This document shows positions 46,946 to 52,998 of a stretch of 52,998 bases of DNA, piece after piece. Each line of letters starts with the position of its first letter. Position 1 is the stretch's first letter. Position numbers and translations under genes: made by a program. This stretch comes from Trichosphaerium sp. ATCC 40318 (taxonomy: Eukaryota; Protista; Tubulinea). The notes below the pieces were generated by a model. The model was not told the DNA's origin. It worked only from the letters and a program-made list of their open reading frames with translations, and did not search any database. The stretch is from positions 1 to 52,998 of the forward strand of contig JALMLS010000021.1 of NCBI GenBank assembly GCA_038496445.1, in the 5' to 3' direction.

Positions 46946-48376
46946 TTATTTCCCTATTCTTGGCTTAAGCATTCGGTTTAAAGATCCATCTTCATTCCAT
47001 TCCTTGTACAGACCTTTCTCTAAACCATTGATAAACTCACATTCAACATGTTGCTGTCCATTTCTATGCCATTGTTTAAAAACACCATCCTTTTTACCAT
47101 CATTAAATGTACAATGAATATGGAGTTGTCCATTATCATAATACTGTTTGAAATCCCCGTTCCTTTCATCATCAGTGTAAATACACTCCAACTCAATCAC
47201 ACCATTCTCATGCCATTGCTTACTCTCACCTAATTTTTTACCATTTACATACATACACTGCATAGTAAGTTGTCCATTCTCATACCACTGCTTAAACATA
47301 CCATTTTCCTTACCATCAACATACGTACTTTGTATTTGTAGTTGTCCATCCTCGTACCACTCTTTATACTCGCCATTCTCTTTACCATCAACAAACATAC
47401 TCTGTATAATAATATTACCATTTTCATACCATTCTCTATGCATACCATTTTCTTTACCACCAGAAAAAGTACACTGGATATTAAGTTGTCCATTGTCATA
47501 CCATTCTTTGTACTCACCATCTATTTCACCACCAACATAAGTACACTCTATTCCTAGTGTACCATTATCATGCCATTGCTTGAAATGTCCATTTTCTTTG
47601 TTGTTAACATAAACAATTTGGATACTAAGTTGTCCATTCTTATGCCATTCTTCGAATAATCCTTCTTTTTTATCATCAACAAACATCCACTTGCATTTAA
47701 GTTGTCCACTCTTAAACCACTTGAAATACTCTCCTTGTTTTTTACCATTAACAAACATACATTGTCCAAGCAACTGGCCACATTCATAATACTGCTTGAA
47801 CTCACCATGCTTCTTACCATCAACAAAAGTAAACTCAGTCCTCAGTTGTCCACCCAAATACCAACTTCTATAATCACTATTTTCTTTACCATTTACATAA
47901 GTAAAGTTTCTCTGTAGTTGCCCATTCTTGAACCACTGTTTAAACTCACCATCTTTTTTATCATTAACATACATATACTCTGTCTCAAGCTGTCCGTCCT
48001 CACACCATTGTTTGAATTCACCATTTTTTCTCCCATTGGCATACATACACTTTATATTAATCTGTCCATTCTTATACCACGTCTTGTAATACCCATTCAA
48101 CTTCCCATTGATAACATTGAATTGTTGCTCTATTTTTCCGTCTGGGAACCATTTTAACCAAATACCATTGGGTACAAGCTCATTATTGTAGTGAGTATTG
48201 ATTGCAGCTCTTTTTGATAGCACGTGATACTTATTAAACACTTCTGCATTGAAAGTACATAAATATACTTGAATATCACTTGGTAGGTCTAATATACTGC
48301 TACAAGTAGTATCTTGTACAAGACATAGACCTCTCTTTGGCAGCACGTCAATTTCTGAGTTATCTAAGGTAACCAT
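46946..48376 (-). CDS. Intronless MORN-variant (MORN_2/YwqK-like) repeat protein with F-box-like N-terminus
   Basis: About 16 24-aa repeats G.KNGEFKQWYENGQL...C.YV. N-term SILDLPSDIQVYLC..F...LSK. First ATG at 48376. Confidence 0.9.
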   Translation of the reverse strand: MVTLDNSEIDVLPKRGLCLVQDTTCSSILDLPSDIQVYLCTFNAEVFNKYHVLSKRAAINTHYNNELVPNGIWLKWFPDGKIEQQFNVINGKLNGYYKTWYKNGQINIKCMYANGRKNGEFKQWCEDGQLETEYMYVNDKKDGEFKQWFKNGQLQRNFTYVNGKENSDYRSWYLGGQLRTEFTFVDGKKHGEFKQYYECGQLLGQCMFVNGKKQGEYFKWFKSGQLKCKWMFVDDKKEGLFEEWHKNGQLSIQIVYVNNKENGHFKQWHDNGTLGIECTYVGGEIDGEYKEWYDNGQLNIQCTFSGGKENGMHREWYENGNIIIQSMFVDGKENGEYKEWYEDGQLQIQSTYVDGKENGMFKQWYENGQLTMQCMYVNGKKLGESKQWHENGVIELECIYTDDERNGDFKQYYDNGQLHIHCTFNDGKKDGVFKQWHRNGQQHVECEFINGLEKGLYKEWNEDGSLNRMLKPRIGK

Positions 48377-49140
48377 CAATAAATTAGATTACAACATGAA
48401 AACAAACTAATCAACAAACGTTTCTAGCGCTATATTGGAGTTTTAGAGCATTAAAAAATACCCTCATTGCATGTAACAAGCTAGGTATACTACTTATGCT
48501 AATCTCCGATGAGAACGGAAATGTATAGCTGTGAAAAATATGATGCAAGGGTTTTTTTCAAAAAGTAATTGGTTTCACACTTGTACAACATTGATGTGGT
48601 TTTTGTGTTAGGCCGTAAAAGGAGATGATTTATAAGGCGAGGATGTCTTATCTAGGGTTGCTGGGAGCTATGTAACGAAGATTTTGTACCGCTATCATAA
48701 AGGAAAAAAAAAATCACGTGGACTAATTACGCGACTCTTTATCATCTCTTTTTACGGTCTAACAGTTGCCCTCATAAATAGACGGTTCATATTCATTTTG
48801 TTGTGGGTTTTCGTTAAAACTGAAGTAGACGTAAAAAAGTGTGGTATTTGCGCGTATTAAATAGCGGTAACGATGTTTTTGCTTTAAACGAGTAAAAAAC
48901 AATTGGGTTTTGTTTTTCATGAGAAGCTCTTTTCTGCGATGTATTTTGTCTTTTGCGTACGTGAACTCATCTTTGTCGACTGAATTGCGTCTGATGGACT
49001 AATAAAGCCTATTGGTTAGTTTTATAGTATTTTAAACAAATAATAAACTAGAGCATACCGAAGCTATACTGCCTTGTTTGTGCGAACTTCAATCTATTAA
49101 CTAGAGGTACACTACCTCCTCAATTTAGTTCAGGAGCCAA

Positions 49141-51259
49141 ATGATTGTGGGAACAAATAAAAGTCAACTCAGGTAACGAATTGGTGTCAAAAAATAAAGT
49201 TAAAACGATGATTCACACTTTCAGTTTAAAACGTGTTTCCTATGACGGCACTCTTGAACTTAGGTAAGAAGCAGATGAACCCATTTTAACCGTTTTTTTT
49301 TAATGGTTACGTTGTTTTTGATGCCATCCCTTGTTCCGCGCGTTTATTGTCTTTAGCGAAGGAAAACACGTGATTGGGAGAAATAAACTTGGAGTCACAT
49401 CCAAAACAGTATCGAGGAAAGTATTCGCGCTTATAGTTACTCCCTCAGACGTGACAATCTATGTTGAGGTACGTTCACAACAATAACGTACTTTTCTCCC
49501 TTGTTCTTTCTTTTTCCTTTACCTTGGATAAAGTAGAGCACAAGTGGTGATTGCGAATTAGTCTATGTTTATTTTTTTTGTTGTTGTTGAGTGTTTTTTA
49601 TCTACTGTGTAGCCTGAATCCAAAAACGATATGTTTATTCGTGGAGTAAAACTAGAGAAAGGAACCCAAGTGCGTGACTCCATCTATTAAAAACAAACAT
49701 AATTAAAGTAACTTTTGTTCGATAGCTCGTTGCTCCTTTAGATGAGTATATTCAAGTTGATTCCAAAGGATGTGGTACAACTTATGTAATCTCTATAGTA
49801 TCTTCTGAGGCAGTTAAACCGCCTGAGCCGCCACCACCTGTGCCTCAACTGAAGTACTTGCGCCAACAAAAAAGTTTATAGTAAACTCTCTAACGAAGCG
49901 TTCTTAGACTTGTTGTGGCATCTGATTATACTGACATACCTGAACTACCAGCTCCTCAAAAGTACATTGATCTCATTTATACTTTACACTCTAACAACAA
50001 CGCAATTCGTACAAAAAGAAAGAGCAGTAGAGTCAGAGGAAGACATTTTTGTTGATTCTCAAAAAGAAACTGACGCAGAAAACCAACCTGACTCGTACGT
50101 CTACACGTCATACAAAAACCTCCTTACTCCGGGTTTTCCAGGCAAGCTGAAACTCAAATTCATTCCCAAAACTTTCTTGATATAGACGAATTGCTTGGTA
50201 TAACCAATGAACACCAACAAGTTGAAATAAAACAAGAACTTGAGGCAGTCACTAAAAAAGTGGAAACACCTTCTAAAAAAAGAAAAAAACGCTATGCACG
50301 TGCTTCTTATACAATGATATTTTTTGAATGACGTGATTGCTTCCTTAGATTGAATACGAAGACCTTGAAAGCGACAATGACCTATCATACATGAACTATA
50401 CTCCGAACCGTACAAAGCCGCAAGGGCATCCAAATGATGAACCAATAGATGTTGATGATATCGAGCCCCAAAGGAAAAGAGATCCACCGAAAAAAACGGG
50501 TTCTATTCGGAAAACAAAGGCTACTGGGAAGAAAGTTAAACCGTCCTTCATTCCATATCAGTGCGCTAAGAAATCAGGTTACAGTCCAAAAAAAGGATCG
50601 TTCAAGCGGGCACTAGCTAGAGGAGGAATGATTGTCGTGGATTCTAACGAAAGTCTTTCATTGTCAGAAAGCTCTGATGATTATAGCGCTGATTCATTCG
50701 TACCCTACAACAAGAAAAACACACCAATTTCTCTATCCATATCTGGTGCGGTTAAAAAAGATGTGGAAAAAAAGTCATTTTGACAGTACTAACCTACAAC
50801 AACTAGAAAGTGAAGAGGAAGAAGACAAAGAATTTGATTTCGAAGATAATGAGATTTCTCAAAACAGCATTGGCAAATTAAATAAGCCCAAAGAACTTGA
50901 AAACGAGGAATCTCTTAGAGATATATTAAGGGTAAGATACCAACAAAACAAACAAAAGAAAGAAAAACCAAGAAAAAACTTTCCACGCACCACTGCAATT
51001 ATCTATCGCTATTCAAACTTACCTCTTCATATCTTATATTATTTTAGCATTACCATTATTCATGAGCGAATCAAATTCTTCCTCAAATGAATCTGATGGA
51101 GATTTCGTTTTAGATTTCGAAGAAGATGATATCATTTTTCCTCCACGCAAAAAGTTTAGAGAGTGCAAGAACGAAGCAGTGAAAAAAGGATTCAGCCCAC
51201 AAAAGAGATTAGCGTATGTTATTCGCGAGAAAAGAAGGAAAAGGAAACAGCAAACATGA
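49141..51259 (+). CDS. FHA-domain (PNKP/aprataxin/APLF-like) protein with long charged low-complexity tail, multi-exon
   Basis: LELSEGKHVIGRNKLGVTSKTVSRK..IYVE-PESKNDMFIRG fits FHA GR/SR/N motifs. Followed by acidic/basic tracts with NLS-like KRRKRK. Confidence 0.65.
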
Positions 51260-51306
51260 AATAAAACTTAGCACACACAACTCTCCGACTTTATCAACCA
51301 CATACT

Positions 51307-52998
51307 ACTCAGTGATCGAGTCCTCAGAGTTCGTTCTCGGTAGATGATCAGTAAACTGCGCATTCATCAACTGGTAGTAGCAAAGATAAGTGCTAAGACC
51401 ATTATCTTTGTTAAAGGCTGTTCTATTGAAGTTCAGTTCAGACAGTATTATGGCGAGCAGCAAGCTACAAATTACATCACTATTAGAAACAAAGCCAACA
51501 TACTAACTTACTACAACTACAAAGCCTGTAATGAACTAAAAGAAAAAAAAAGCAAACTTGCAAGAGCAAGCCGTTTTTCACAAAGTTTGTTCTTTTTTTT
51601 ATTGTTTAATATGATACAAGACTACCAAGACCTAGTCCACCTGTTTCTTCTTCCTCTTCTTCTTTTTTCTTTACAACTGCACTTTTTTTCTTGATAATAA
51701 ACTTTGGTTTCTTTGATTTCCTTTCAGGCTTCTTTCTGATAATGAAAGAATGTTTTTTGGATATGAGCTCTCTTTTTTTGGATCTTCCATAATCGAAACA
51801 ATTTCAGCTGCAGCTGCTTTTTTTATCCTTAGGCATACGTGGTCCAGGTTTTTTAAAACCATCTTCACTTAGACGTTGCTTTTTTCTAGGCTTTAATAGT
51901 TCCTAAGAAGTAACGTAAGCCAAAAAGGAAACAGCATTGTGATGAGTAAAACATAAAAATAAAAAGCTTATTTCTTTTTTGTTTCCGAGTGTTTTTGTAA
52001 ATTAAAACTCTCAAGCAAAATATGAATTGTCATTAATCAAGGACATGATAAATAATCCGCTCGAGTTTGAACCATAATAATAGTTTTGATCACCAAAAAA
52101 AAAAAAAAAGAAAGAAATGTCACAAAAAAAATTTAAATGTTTGTTTCTCTTCATGCTTACCGCTTCCCAATTATCGTTATCAGAAACTCTTTTTTTCTTT
52201 GCTTGAGCTTGTAAGAAATTAGAGAATTTTGCAGATTCTCTTCTGTTAAGCGGTCTGCCTCTTGAGCTTGTTTCATTAAATTTTCTTGAATGACAGCTTC
52301 AATATCGACATTTTCATTTCTTGCATTTTCTGTTCGTATCTCATCTAATGCATCAAGAATATCCATCTCCTGCTTAGAATCTATTTTATATTATTAATAC
52401 ACATTCATTTTAATAAACAAAGAAACAAAGTCGCCTACAGAGGCGTACAAAACAGAATGAAAAGAAAATTAGTTCTTTACCTAATGTTTTTGTTTCCAAC
52501 TTTGTCATTGCGTCTCCTTCTTCAACTTGTTTCTTATCATCTCTGTGTTCCTATTATATAACGTATAAGTAAAGAGATGATACTCAGGTAGCGTTAAAAG
52601 ACTTCAGAAGGGCGTTAACTGATTAATTTGAACATACCTCCAATGCCTTTTCTTTTTACGCCATTCTTCGACTAGACGTTGTCCGCCGGCTTCTACAATA
52701 TAATCTGAATTCTTTGGGTCGGTTCTAAGCGTTAGTTCGCTAGCACAACGCGTGCATTTTAAATAAAAACGGTAAATCCTAATGCCAAGGTATTCTGCGC
52801 CTTCCACAGTTTCCTAGACGGTTTTAGAATATAATTAAAACGATTATTACCAATTTACCTTGCGAGCATTAAATTTACGTCCTCTACCCATATATTCGCC
52901 GCACGTAAAACATCTAAATACTGTGTAAACAAAATAATGGATTTCGCAATGCAATGTACCTTATACTGAACGGTATCATAGTCCTGACTTTATATTGA
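51307..52998 (-). CDS. YJU2: Splicing factor YJU2 (CCDC94/Cwc16 family), 5' end off the window, 3' end uncertain
   Basis: VRTMIPFSI, CFTCGEYMGRGRKFNARK, EYLGIRIYRFYLKCTRCASELTLRTDPKNSDY.VEAG, DAMTKLETKT, EMDILDALDEIR..NAR. Confidence 0.92.

Noticed and set aside
46946-48376. Bacterial YwqJK toxin-antitoxin module
   Set aside because: The YwqK similarity only reflects MORN-variant repeats. There is no adjacent toxin gene or operon.
1-52998. Alternative genetic code to explain the fragmented ORF track; tRNA/rRNA genes
   Set aside because: Stops fall in introns, and intronless genes read through with the standard code. No tRNA or rRNA-like sequence was recognised.

Overview
AT-rich, gene-dense eukaryotic DNA, most likely from a protist (amoebozoan-like, but taxonomy is not certain). 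It has many short (~40-100 nt) spliceosomal introns, typically GTACGT/GTAAG donors with YAG/AAG acceptors. Recognisable genes are a TMEM94-like P-type-ATPase relative, an intron-containing cobT, a DUF294-like/kinase-like/LRR/WD40 protein, an atypical Rho GTPase, a Cys-rich membrane protein, a cAMP-receptor-like GPCR, a FOXRED2-like oxidoreductase, a sialate O-acetylesterase-like gene with lesions, an FHA protein and YJU2. Two intronless F-box+repeat genes (LRR, MORN) look giant-virus-like. The most striking locus (23467-29783) has 26 one-ankyrin-repeat exons separated by 25 near-identical phase-1 introns, most carrying a hairpin. Exon variation sits at ligand-contact positions, and the array is fused to a PARP-like ADP-ribosyltransferase domain. 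Decayed copies of the same exon-intron cassette lie at ~12.8 kb and ~31.6-32.2 kb, suggesting a combinatorial, immune-receptor-like system. Also present: a 2165-bp non-autonomous hAT-like transposon with a perfect 8-bp TSD, a probable MITE, LINE relics and a ubiquitin pseudogene fragment. Exon boundaries and family calls were made by eye, without database searches.
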